NCBI GenBank assembly: GCA_963714015.1
Contig: OY970223.1
Coordinates: 1,312,001-1,376,000, forward strand
Direction of reading: 5' to 3'
DNA: 64,000 bases
DNA from: Vulcanimicrobiota bacterium
GTDB taxonomy: Bacteria > Vulcanimicrobiota > Vulcanimicrobiia > Vulcanimicrobiales > Vulcanimicrobiaceae
Shown piece by piece: positions 40,220-49,514 of this stretch. A program made the position numbers and the translations under genes. The notes beneath the pieces are model-generated. The model was not told the origin of the DNA, made no database searches, and saw only the letters and a list, made by a program, of their open reading frames with translations. The first letter of the stretch is position 1; each line of letters opens with the position of its first letter.

Positions 40220-41328
40220 TGGCCGGCAACTCGATCGCCACGATCGGACGCAACTTCTGCATTGAGGGCAAGTTCGCGTGCGCCGCGCCAATCCAAAGCG
40301 GTCACATCAACGAATCTTACCTCGCCTGCTATGTTCAGGCAGATGAGTCCAAGCGGTACGTGCATCAGAAGATCAACGCCCGGATCTTTCGCGACGTCCC
40401 GGCGCTGATGGAGAACGTGGGACGCGTCACGCGGCACATTCGCGCGAAATTAAGCCGTCGCGGCATCGCCGGCGCCGAACGCCGAGTCTTAACGCTCGTT
40501 CCCGCCAGGGAGTCCTCGGGATGGGGAACGGACGTTTTTCGCGATGACGGAGGCCACTGGTGGCGCACATATGAATTTGTCGAGGGCGCGCGCACGTACG
40601 ACATCGTCGCCTCGCCGAAGACGGCCTACGAAGCGGCCAGAGCCTTTGGTGAATTCATTGCCGATCTCGCGGATCTGCCTGCACCGAGCCCGCACGAAAG
40701 CATTCCTTCGTTTCATGCCACGCCGCTGCGTTACGAACGATTCTTAGAAGCCGCCGCGTCGGGACTTCCGGATCGCTTGAAAGAAGCGAAAGACGAGATT
40801 CGCTTCTGCCGCGAGAACGAAGCGCTTTCGGGTCTACTCGAACGCCTGCCTAGCACCGGCGCGGCTCGGCTGTGCGTCGCGCACAACGATACGAAATTCA
40901 ATAACGTACTCATCGACGATGCATCGGGCGAAGCTATCTGCGTGATCGACCTGGACACCGTGATGCCCGGACTGGCGCTTTACGATTTCGGCGACTTGGT
41001 GCGCACCGGAACCGTGAACGCTGCCGAAGACGAACGCGACTTGCGGCTGATCGACGTCGACGAGGAGATGTTCCAAGCGCTTGCACGAGGTTTCATTCGG
41101 GGCACAGCGGGATTGTTGTCCTCGGTCGAGGTATCCGAACTGGTGACTGCGGGTATGGTGATGACGTTCGAGTGTGGAATGCGGTTTCTAACCGACTACC
41201 TGCAGGGCGATCCGTATTTCCGCACGTCGCGCCCGGGGCAGAATCTCGATCGCGCGCGAACGCAGTTCGAACTCGTCCGGTCGCTCGAGCGGAAGGAAGA
41301 ACGGCTTCGAGCAGTCCTGCCGTCCTAA
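40219..41328 (+). CDS. APH-fold kinase, N-acetylhexosamine 1-kinase-like
   Basis: GHIN.SY, Q.IN..IF, HNDTK.NN, VIDLDTVMPG, YDFGD, RFLTDYL.GD.YF. Confidence 0.82.
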   Translation: MAGNSIATIGRNFCIEGKFACAAPIQSGHINESYLACYVQADESKRYVHQKINARIFRDVPALMENVGRVTRHIRAKLSRRGIAGAERRVLTLVPARESSGWGTDVFRDDGGHWWRTYEFVEGARTYDIVASPKTAYEAARAFGEFIADLADLPAPSPHESIPSFHATPLRYERFLEAAASGLPDRLKEAKDEIRFCRENEALSGLLERLPSTGAARLCVAHNDTKFNNVLIDDASGEAICVIDLDTVMPGLALYDFGDLVRTGTVNAAEDERDLRLIDVDEEMFQALARGFIRGTAGLLSSVEVSELVTAGMVMTFECGMRFLTDYLQGDPYFRTSRPGQNLDRARTQFELVRSLERKEERLRAVLPS

Positions 41329-41401
41329 GCCGCTGCGCCTCCTGCGGGCGATGCGAAAGAATCCGCACGAAGCCTCGCGAAAGCGCGGCTTCGGAGTTTG
41401 C

Positions 41402-42025
41402 ATGTTCGTAACGTTCGAAGGCATAGAAGGAAGCGGCAAATCGACGCTGATCGCTGCGGTAGAGCGCAGCTTGAAGGCAGCCGGAAGCGAAGTATTGCTC
41501 GCGCGGGAACCCGGCGGAACGCCGGCAGGAGATGCGGTACGGCGAATATTTCTGCAACCCGGACTTTCTATCGATGCGATGACCGAGGTGATGCTCATCA
41601 ATGCGTCGCGAGCACAACTCGTCGCCTCGGTTCTGCGGCCTGCAGTGAATCGCGGCCGCTACGTCCTGTGCGATCGCTATGTCGATTCTACGCTGGCTTA
41701 TCAGGGCTACGGCCGCGGACTTGCGATCGATGCGGTGCGGGCGGTGTGCGACGCGGCAACCGGCGGATTAAAACCCGATCTCACGCTGCTCCTGGACGTC
41801 CCCGTCGAGACGTCGATCCGCAGGCTTGCCAGCCGTCAAAACGGCGCCGATCGCCTGGAGCGTGAAGGCCGGCCGTTTCACGAGCGCGTGCGCAGAGGCT
41901 TCTTGGATCTCGCCGGCCGCAGCCCGCAGATCGTCGTGCTGAACGGAGAGCGCAGCCCCGATGAGGTTCTCGATGCCGCGATGGCGGCAATCGGCGCCGC
42001 AATCTCCGGAGCCCCATCGGAATGA
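41402..42025 (+). CDS. tmk: Thymidylate kinase
   Basis: FEGIEGSGKST, REPGGT, DRY..STLAYQG. Confidence 0.97.
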   Translation: MFVTFEGIEGSGKSTLIAAVERSLKAAGSEVLLAREPGGTPAGDAVRRIFLQPGLSIDAMTEVMLINASRAQLVASVLRPAVNRGRYVLCDRYVDSTLAYQGYGRGLAIDAVRAVCDAATGGLKPDLTLLLDVPVETSIRRLASRQNGADRLEREGRPFHERVRRGFLDLAGRSPQIVVLNGERSPDEVLDAAMAAIGAAISGAPSE

Positions 42026-43026
42026 AGTTCGAAGTGGTGGGCTGCGAGGGCCCGAAGCGATTTTTTTCGCGTCTCACAAAAGAAACGATCGCACACGGCT
42101 ATCTCTTCACCGGACCCGCGGGTGTGGGAAAGAAGACGTTTTCCCGCGTGCTCGCCCAGTCGCTGCTGTGCGAAGCCCCGCACCGCGACGGGCTGCTCGG
42201 CTATGACGGAACGTGCCAAGCCTGCAGACTGATCGGCAAAGAAGAGACCCGCCACCCGGATCTGATGGAGAGCGCCGGTGCGCTGAAGATCGGCGAATCG
42301 GACGAGGCTCTTGGTTTTCATGAAGCCGAGTCGATCACGTCGCGCGATCTGGTGCGGCAACTTTCGCTCCAATCGTATTCCGGCGGATTTCGCGTCTTCA
42401 TCTTGGGTGACGTCGATTTCGCTTCACCCGCAGCCGCAAACGCGCTGCTGAAATTCTTCGAAGAACCCCCGCCGCGCGTCGTCTTGCTGCTGACGACGTC
42501 GACGCCGGCAAGGCTCCTTGACACGATCCGCTCGCGCCTCGTCGAGATTCGCTTTGCGTCGCTCAGTCAGGCGCAGATCGTCGAGATCTTGCGCAGTAAG
42601 GGCTACGCTCAAGAGCAGGCGCAAACGGGCGCGGCGTTAGCTCAAGGATCGGCCGCACGCGCAATTGCCGCATTGGCGCAAGACGAAGAAGAGTTGCGCG
42701 CACAGGTTGCTTCGTGGTTTTTCGAGGTGGTCGGCGGCGCTACACCGGATGAAACGTGGGCGACGCGTGAGACGCTCGACGAAGGGCTGGAGATACTCAA
42801 GACGCTCGTACGCGATTGGCTGGCGCTTTCGGGAACCGGAAACGACGCACCCGTTCTCGCGGTCGATTACGCTTCAGACCTTCGAAGACTGCGAAAAATC
42901 GAGCCCGTGCATGCCGTGCACATTCTTTCTCAAGTTTCGGAAGCTCAGCGCCTCGCCCGCACCAATGTGAGTCCGGCCTTGGTCGGTGAGATCGTGCGTA
43001 TGGCGCTAACGTCGGCCGCCGCTTAA
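42022..43026 (+). CDS. holB: DNA polymerase III delta-prime subunit
   Basis: HGYLFTGP.GVGK, HPD, AANALLK.FEEPP, TIRSR; follows tmk. Confidence 0.9.
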   Translation: MKFEVVGCEGPKRFFSRLTKETIAHGYLFTGPAGVGKKTFSRVLAQSLLCEAPHRDGLLGYDGTCQACRLIGKEETRHPDLMESAGALKIGESDEALGFHEAESITSRDLVRQLSLQSYSGGFRVFILGDVDFASPAAANALLKFFEEPPPRVVLLLTTSTPARLLDTIRSRLVEIRFASLSQAQIVEILRSKGYAQEQAQTGAALAQGSAARAIAALAQDEEELRAQVASWFFEVVGGATPDETWATRETLDEGLEILKTLVRDWLALSGTGNDAPVLAVDYASDLRRLRKIEPVHAVHILSQVSEAQRLARTNVSPALVGEIVRMALTSAAA

Positions 43027-43036
43027 CCGAGCGACG

Positions 43037-43756
43037 TTACCAGGGCGAGCGGAAGGCGAGTTCTTGATACTGACGCGCGACGATCAGTGCGACGTATCCG
43101 AGCGCGAACGCATCCAGAAGCAGGCGTGCAACGTCGTAACCCGGACCGAGATACATGCCGATCTGCGTCGGCAGAATGAGTGCAACGTAGAAGTACACGG
43201 CGATGCTGACGATGGCCAGGATCGCGGTGGGCAGCGGATGACGGCGCGCCGTCTGCAGTGAAACGGAGAACGATCCGCCGGCCGGTACGCCGCCCATCGC
43301 AACGGCCGGGATGCTGTAGATGAACGCCCAGACCGCGAGGGCACCCAAGGCGTAGCCGGCGTACGGTATGCGAAAGACTCCGGTGATGATGCCGTCTCCG
43401 ATAAGTTCGGCAACGTAGATCAAGAAGAAGAACCCGAGCACGGTGATCAGGATATCGCCGCCTTTGCGACGCGCGGTGCTCCATGCGGCGCTCAGGCTCG
43501 CGCGGTTGTGGCGCCAGGCATCGTCGGCGAAGATGACGGAAACCGCAAACGCGAAGCCGTCGACGAGTCGCGCGATCAGATTGAAAATCCCCATCGTGGC
43601 GCCGCCGGTCGGCTCGGAGAACCAACTGCCGAAATAGCCGATGCCGATTCCGACGGCGGCTCCGATCAGCGGGAAGAGCATCACGCCTAAATTGCGCGCG
43701 TACAGCGGCAGCGCCTGAAGATAGATCATCAGATCCAAGCCGCCCGTGCGCCGCAT
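43037..43756 (-). CDS. Multi-pass membrane hypothetical protein
   Basis: About six hydrophobic segments; co-oriented with mtnP. Confidence 0.7.
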   Translation of the reverse strand: MRRTGGLDLMIYLQALPLYARNLGVMLFPLIGAAVGIGIGYFGSWFSEPTGGATMGIFNLIARLVDGFAFAVSVIFADDAWRHNRASLSAAWSTARRKGGDILITVLGFFFLIYVAELIGDGIITGVFRIPYAGYALGALAVWAFIYSIPAVAMGGVPAGGSFSVSLQTARRHPLPTAILAIVSIAVYFYVALILPTQIGMYLGPGYDVARLLLDAFALGYVALIVARQYQELAFRSPW

Positions 43757-43758
43757 CG

Positions 43759-44565
43759 CTAAGCCCTCGCGCCTTCCAGCGCGTGGCGACACTTGCAATC
43801 CGCGTCGACGTCCAGTTTCTCGACGATCCGGTAGATACCGTCCTTCACGCGCGCATTGTTCTTGTTGAAGACTTCGATTACCTCATGGTGCGAAACGGGT
43901 TCGATGCCGCCTACGCCTTCGAGGCCGACGTCGTAGTCGGTGATCAGCGAGATGTTGACGTAGCACATTTCCAGCTCGCGGGCCAGATACGACTCCGGAT
44001 ACTGGGTCATGTTGATGACTTCCCAGCCCAGCCCCGAAAACCAGCGCGATTCCGCGCGCGTCGAAAACCTCGGCCCTTGGATCACGACGATGGTGCCTCG
44101 CTCGTGCGTCTCGATGCCGAGCGAGCGGAGCGCTTCGATGGCAATCGGACGCATCGTCGGGCAGTACGGATCCGCAAAGCTGACGTGCGTGGTAATCGGA
44201 CCGTCGTAGAACGTGTCGACGCGGCTCGTCGTGCGATCGACGACCTGATCCGCGACGACCATCGAGCCCGGTTTCACTTCCGCCTTCAGCGATCCGCAGG
44301 CAGTAGGCGCGATGATTCGTTTCACGCCCAGCATCTTCATTGCGTACAAATTTGCGCGGTAGTTGATCTCGTGCGGCGGAAAACGATGGTCTTTACCGTG
44401 CCGCGGCAAGAACGCCACTTTCTTTCCCGCTATTTCCCCGAGCGCCAGCCTGTCGCTGGGCGCACCGTAAGGTGTCTCGATTGCGACTTCACGAGCGTTT
44501 TCGATGAGCGAATAAAAGCCCGATCCGCCAAAAACGCCGACGTCGGCGCGTTCCTTAGTCTCCAT
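43759..44565 (-). CDS. mtnP: S-methyl-5'-thioadenosine phosphorylase
   Basis: GGSG.Y, TPYG.PS, RHG, GPRFSTRAES, INMT..PE, TDYD. Confidence 0.93.
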   Translation of the reverse strand: METKERADVGVFGGSGFYSLIENAREVAIETPYGAPSDRLALGEIAGKKVAFLPRHGKDHRFPPHEINYRANLYAMKMLGVKRIIAPTACGSLKAEVKPGSMVVADQVVDRTTSRVDTFYDGPITTHVSFADPYCPTMRPIAIEALRSLGIETHERGTIVVIQGPRFSTRAESRWFSGLGWEVINMTQYPESYLARELEMCYVNISLITDYDVGLEGVGGIEPVSHHEVIEVFNKNNARVKDGIYRIVEKLDVDADCKCRHALEGARA

Positions 44566-44602
44566 AGGCCCCGGCGGTTCTATTAGGCGTCGAAGCGGGC
44601 CT

Positions 44603-45076
44603 TTATCGATTAAAGTCGCTGGGTTTCAAATCTTCGATGAATTTCTTGAAGCGCTCGACTTCGGCGTCTTCGGTTTTTTTGTCGGGAACCGATTCTTCCA
44701 GGACAATCTTGTCCGAAACGTAGATCGGTGCGCTCATCCGAAGCGCGAGCGCTATGCCGTCCGACGGGCGCGCGTCGATCTCTTGCAGATCGCCGTTCGT
44801 GCGCACGATGAGCTTGGCGAAGAACGTCGATTCGCGAATATCGTGAATGACGACTTGTTCCAAGCGCGCGTCGAGGGTTTCCAAAACGGTGCGCATCAAA
44901 TCATGGGTCAGCGGACGCGGAACCGGTGCGCCCTCCAGCGCCAGTGCAATTGCGGTTGCTTCGAACGGACCGATCAGAATCGGCAGAAAGCGTTTGCCGT
45001 CCATGTCCTTCAGGATGACAACCGGGTCGTGCGTGAGCAGATCGATTCCGAGCTTGTCAACCTTCATCTGGCGCAT
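44603..45076 (-). CDS. Bifunctional nuclease (DUF151) family
   Basis: LPI.IG.FEA.AI, RPLTHDL, DARPSD.IALALR. Confidence 0.93.
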   Translation of the reverse strand: MRQMKVDKLGIDLLTHDPVVILKDMDGKRFLPILIGPFEATAIALALEGAPVPRPLTHDLMRTVLETLDARLEQVVIHDIRESTFFAKLIVRTNGDLQEIDARPSDGIALALRMSAPIYVSDKIVLEESVPDKKTEDAEVERFKKFIEDLKPSDFNR

Positions 45077-45171
45077 GTTAACTAATCCTACGAATGTCGG
45101 CTTCAATCATTCCTGACCAGGCAGCCCCGCCAGGGTGCTCGGCGGCGGCGGCCGAACGGTGCGCGTTCACC

Positions 45172-46266
45172 ATGGCTCTTTCGTGCGGAATCGTCGGCTT
45201 GCCCAACGTAGGCAAGTCCACCATCTTCAACGCGCTCACCCGCTCGGCGCAAGCGCTCGCGGCCAATTACCCGTTCGCCACCATTGAGCCGAACGTCGGC
45301 GAGGTGCCGGTGCCGGACGACCGGCTCGAGGTCCTTGCGGATCTCGTGCAGAGCCAACGAATCGTCCCGGCGACGATGCGATTCGTGGATATCGCCGGCT
45401 TGGTTCGCGGCGCGAGTGCCGGACAAGGGCTGGGGAACGCCTTCCTGAGCCACATCCGCGAAACGGAGGCCGTTGCAATGGTCGTCCGGTGCTTCCAGGA
45501 TGAGAACGTCACGCACGTCGAGGGTGGGCCCGACCCGCAGCGGGATATCGAGATTATCAACATCGAGATGGCCTTGGCGGATCTCGCGACCCTTCGCAAG
45601 CGGTTGGACAAGCTCGAGCGCGAAGCTCGGGCAAACCCCAAACTGAAGTATAAACTCGACGCGGCGAAGACCCTGGTCGACGCTTTGGAGGCAGGCCGCG
45701 CAGCGCGCTCGTTCCCGAAGGACTCGCAGGAGGCCGAAGTGGCCGCCGAGTCGTTCCTGCTTACGGCAAAGCCCATGCTCTACGTCGCGAACATCGACGA
45801 AGAGCAGATCGGCAATCCGGGGCCTTTGATGCGCGTCGTGGAGCAGGCGGCCGCCGCCGAAGGCAGCCGGGTGGTCGCCTTTTGCGGAAAAGTCGAGGCG
45901 GAGCTGGCTGGCCTGAGCGACGAGGAGGCCAAGGAGTTTTGCGCCGAGCTCGGCATCGCGCGAGGGGGTCTGGAGCAACTGATCGTTTCAGCCTACGACT
46001 TGCTCGGCTTGATGACGTTCCTGACCGCCGGTGAGAAAGAGGTCCGCGCCTGGACGATCGAGCGGGGCACTAAGGCGCCGCAGGCGGCCGGTAAGATCCA
46101 CACCGATATCGAGCGAGGGTTCATTCGGGCCGAGATCGTTTCGTACGGGGATTACGTTCAATACCGCACGATGGAGGCGCTGCGCACCGCCGGCTTGGTG
46201 CGCCAGGAGGGCAAAGAGTACGTCATGCAAGAGGGCGACGTCGTAAACTTTAAATTCAACGTCTAG
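45172..46266 (+). CDS. ychF: Redox-regulated ATPase YchF
   Basis: GIVGLPNVGKST, NYPFATIEPN, DIAGLV, AGKIHTD, EGKEY. Confidence 0.98.
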   Translation: MALSCGIVGLPNVGKSTIFNALTRSAQALAANYPFATIEPNVGEVPVPDDRLEVLADLVQSQRIVPATMRFVDIAGLVRGASAGQGLGNAFLSHIRETEAVAMVVRCFQDENVTHVEGGPDPQRDIEIINIEMALADLATLRKRLDKLEREARANPKLKYKLDAAKTLVDALEAGRAARSFPKDSQEAEVAAESFLLTAKPMLYVANIDEEQIGNPGPLMRVVEQAAAAEGSRVVAFCGKVEAELAGLSDEEAKEFCAELGIARGGLEQLIVSAYDLLGLMTFLTAGEKEVRAWTIERGTKAPQAAGKIHTDIERGFIRAEIVSYGDYVQYRTMEALRTAGLVRQEGKEYVMQEGDVVNFKFNV

Positions 46267-46368
46267 CCTCGCTCGCGGCTCCGACCTGCGACGTTTCCCG
46301 CATAGGGGAACCCCCCGCCGGACCATAATTCCGCTGGGTTGGACTATTGCTGGAGGCACTAAAGCTCT

Positions 46369-47628
46369 ATGACTACCGCTGTGCGTGAAGTTTCGGTTTT
46401 CGGGGACGGCATCGCTTATTTCAATGAGGCGGCCAATCTCCTAGAACTGGATCACACGATGCGCGCAATTCTGACGCATCCCACGCGCCAAATTATTTTC
46501 TCGATTCCGTTTCAACGCGACAACGGCGAGTTCGAAGTTTACACGGGATATCGCGTGCAATACAACTTTGCGCGCGGACCGGCGAAGGGCGGCATTCGGT
46601 TTCATCCCGGCGTTACACTTGACGAGGTTACGGCGCTTGCATTTTGGATGACTTGGAAGTGCGCGGTCGTCGACCTTCCCTTCGGCGGCGGTAAAGGGGG
46701 CGTCACGTGCGATCCCACCAAGCTCTCGATGGGCGAACTCGAGCGGATCACCCGGCGTTACGCCGCAGAGCTCGTTGAAGTCGTTGGCCCGGACAAAGAC
46801 GTGCCCGCGCCGGACGTCAATACGAATCCGCAGACGATGGCATGGTTCATGGACACGTTTTCAATGCACATGCGCCAGTCCGTTCCCGGCGTCGTTACGG
46901 GCAAGCCGCTCGTCATCGGCGGGTCGCGCGGCCGCGTGGAGGCAACCGGCCGCGGCGTGATGATCTGCGGTATGGACGAGATGGCGAACATGGGACTCGA
47001 GCCGGCCGGGACGCGGATCCTCATCCAAGGCTTCGGCAACGTCGGCATGTGGGCTGCGCGTCTGTTCCACGAGCGCGGCTGCAAAGTCGTCGGCATTTCC
47101 GACGTAACGGGGGCGTACTACAATCCCAGCGGCATCGACATCGCCAACGCCGTAGCGCACTCGCAGGAGCACCACAATCTGGACGGATTCCGCGGCGGCG
47201 AAAAGATCAGCAATCTGGAACTGCTTGAAGCAGACTGCGAAGTGCTCGTTCCGGCGGCGCTCGAAAAAGTGCTCACCGCCGAAAACGCTCCCAAAGTCAA
47301 AGCCAAGCTGATCGTGGAAGGGGCGAACGGCCCGACGACGCCCGAAGCCGATCGGATATTCAACGAACGCGGCATCACCGTCATTCCGGACATCATGGCC
47401 AATGCCGGCGGCGTGACCGTTTCATACTTCGAGTGGGTTCAAGACCGCATGGGCTATTTTTGGAAGGAGTCCGAGGTCAACGAGCGTCTGGAAGACACGC
47501 TCATCTCGAACTTCCACGAATTGCGCGCGGTCTCGCAGCGCCATCGCGTCCCGTACCGCACGTCGGCATACATGATGGGCATCGACCGCGTCGTGCAGGC
47601 GCTCAAGCTTCGCGGCGTCTACGCGTAA
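46369..47628 (+). CDS. gdhA: Glutamate dehydrogenase (Glu/Leu/Phe/Val family)
   Basis: GP.KGG.RFHP, PFGGGKGG, VPAPD, QGFGNVG, EGANGP, NAGGV.VSYFEW. Confidence 0.93.
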   Translation: MTTAVREVSVFGDGIAYFNEAANLLELDHTMRAILTHPTRQIIFSIPFQRDNGEFEVYTGYRVQYNFARGPAKGGIRFHPGVTLDEVTALAFWMTWKCAVVDLPFGGGKGGVTCDPTKLSMGELERITRRYAAELVEVVGPDKDVPAPDVNTNPQTMAWFMDTFSMHMRQSVPGVVTGKPLVIGGSRGRVEATGRGVMICGMDEMANMGLEPAGTRILIQGFGNVGMWAARLFHERGCKVVGISDVTGAYYNPSGIDIANAVAHSQEHHNLDGFRGGEKISNLELLEADCEVLVPAALEKVLTAENAPKVKAKLIVEGANGPTTPEADRIFNERGITVIPDIMANAGGVTVSYFEWVQDRMGYFWKESEVNERLEDTLISNFHELRAVSQRHRVPYRTSAYMMGIDRVVQALKLRGVYA

Positions 47629-47651
47629 AGTCCAGCCCTCGGGGGGTGAAC

Positions 47652-48769
47652 TTGCCCAACTGCAGGCTCGCCTCGACGATCTTCACGATCGCATCGAGCG
47701 GGAGAACTCGCGCGCGCTAGGCTATCCCTCCGCCAAGGACTTCGATTACCGCTCGCTGCTGAAGTTTCTCGCGTTTCCCATCAACAACGTCGGCGATCCC
47801 TTTGCCGACGGTACGTATCAAGTCGAGACGCACGAGTTTGAGCGCGAAGTGCTCGCGTTCTTCGCCGAGTTGCTGCGAGCGCCGGCAGACGACTGGTGGG
47901 GATACGTCACCAACGGCGGGACCGAAGGCAATCTTTACGGCCTCTATCTGGCTCGCGAACTCTTTCCGAGCGGCATCGTCTACTACTCCGAGCACACGCA
48001 CTATAGCGTTGCGAAGAACCTGCACTTCTTGGGCATGCGTCATATCATGATTCGCGCCTCGGGCAATGGTGAGATTGACTACGACGACCTGCGCGAGACG
48101 CTGCGCATCCGGCGCGACGTTCCGCCGATAGTCTTTGCAAACGTCGGAACGACGATGACCGAGGCCCGTGACGACGTCGGCAAGATCCGGGAGATCATGG
48201 ATTCTATGGCGATCCGCGAGCGCTACATTCACTCCGATGCGGCACTCGACGGCGCGTACGCTTCCTTCGTAGAGCCGCGCCCCGCTTTCGACTTTGCGGA
48301 CGGCGCAGACAGCATCGCGATCAGCGGCCACAAATTCTTGGGATCGCCTATCCCGTGCGGTATCGTTCTGGCGCGCAAGCGAAACGTGCAGCGCATCGCC
48401 CGATCGATCGACTACATCGGCAGCTTGGACACGACGATCAGCGGTTCACGTAACGGTTTCACTCCGCTGCTGCTGTGGCATCGGCTGCGGACGCTTGGAA
48501 TAGACGGTTTGCGAAGACGTGCGCTCGGCGCGCTGGAGCTGGCGGGCTATGCGGAAGCTCGGCTGAAATCCGCAGGCGTCCCGGCTTGGCGCAATCCGAA
48601 CGCAATTACCGTCGTCTTTCCGCGCGTGGACGCAAAGGCTCGCGAAAAATGGCAGCTGGCCACCCAAGGGGATATCTCACACCTCATCGTGATGCCCGGC
48701 ATCACCAAATCGCACATCGACGCCTTCGTGGAGGACCTTCGTGCAACGGATAACGGTAGTCGCTCCTAA
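47652..48769 (+). CDS. PLP-dependent histidine decarboxylase-like enzyme (start codon uncertain)
   Basis: Frame open from about 47648: LGYP..KDFDY, INNVGDPF, GYVTNGGTEGN, THYSV.K, H.DAAL, SGHKF.GSP.PCG, GSRNG. Confidence 0.82.
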
Positions 48770-49130
48770 TCGCCGCGGAGTAATCGCTGAAGTCACGGAG
48801 ACTCTCGCCCGCAAGAAAATCAGCATCGCTTCAATCGCGGCCGACACCATCGGGTCGCAGGGCGTGGTCCACCTCGATTTGGAGGACGCCGACAGTGCAG
48901 TTGCGGCCCTTACCGCAGCCGGATTTCAAGCCGTGACCCAAGACGTGCTGCTCGCGCGTATCAAGGATCGTCCCGGCGCCGTGGCCGAGCTCTCCCGGCG
49001 GCTATTGGAAGCGCAGCTCGACATTCGCGGCCTGAACATGGTGCAGCGAAACGAAGGCTGGGCCGTAATCGCCGTTTCGACCAGCGACAACACCACCGCG
49101 CGCAGGGTGCTTGCCGAAGAAGCTATTTGA
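48741..49130 (+). CDS. Tandem ACT domain protein
   Basis: NRRGVIAEVT..LA...ISI and DRPGAVAELS..L....DI ACT repeats. Confidence 0.8.
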   Translation: MQRITVVAPNRRGVIAEVTETLARKKISIASIAADTIGSQGVVHLDLEDADSAVAALTAAGFQAVTQDVLLARIKDRPGAVAELSRRLLEAQLDIRGLNMVQRNEGWAVIAVSTSDNTTARRVLAEEAI

Positions 49131-49441
49131 GTTCGCGCAGGCTCGGAGATAGGCTCGACCGGAAGACCGGCATCTTTCCAAGCCGAATAGCCACCCTCCA
49201 GCGCTTGCGCGTTGACGTAGCCGCGACCGCGCAATTCCGCTGCAATCCGCGAGCACGAGTTGCCGCTGCCGCAATAGAGCACGACGCTCTGCTCTTTGCC
49301 GAACGGAAGCCGGTCCGACTCAGCGAGCTGTTCGCCCTCGTATCGCACCGAGCCGGGAATCTGATGTTCGTCGGGCTTCTTGCGAATGTCGATCAGCAGC
49401 GTATCGTTCGGGGCGTTCTGCACGTCTTCAATCCTGGCCAT
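49123..49441 (-). CDS. Rhodanese-like domain protein (3' end uncertain)
   Basis: LIDIR, IPGS, VLYCGSG, LEGG..AW..AGLP. Confidence 0.85.
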
Positions 49442-49452
49442 GCGTCCATTTA

Positions 49453-49483
49453 CAACACAGAGGCACCCGTTTCCGGGTGCCTC
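49453..49483 (-). terminator. Probable intrinsic terminator after the SGNH gene
   Basis: Perfect 10-bp stem gaggcacccg/cgggtgcctc with GAAA loop, followed by tgtgttg on minus strand. Confidence 0.6.
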
Positions 49484-49514
49484 CATCGTTCGCGACGTCT
49501 AGTTGACGTCTATG

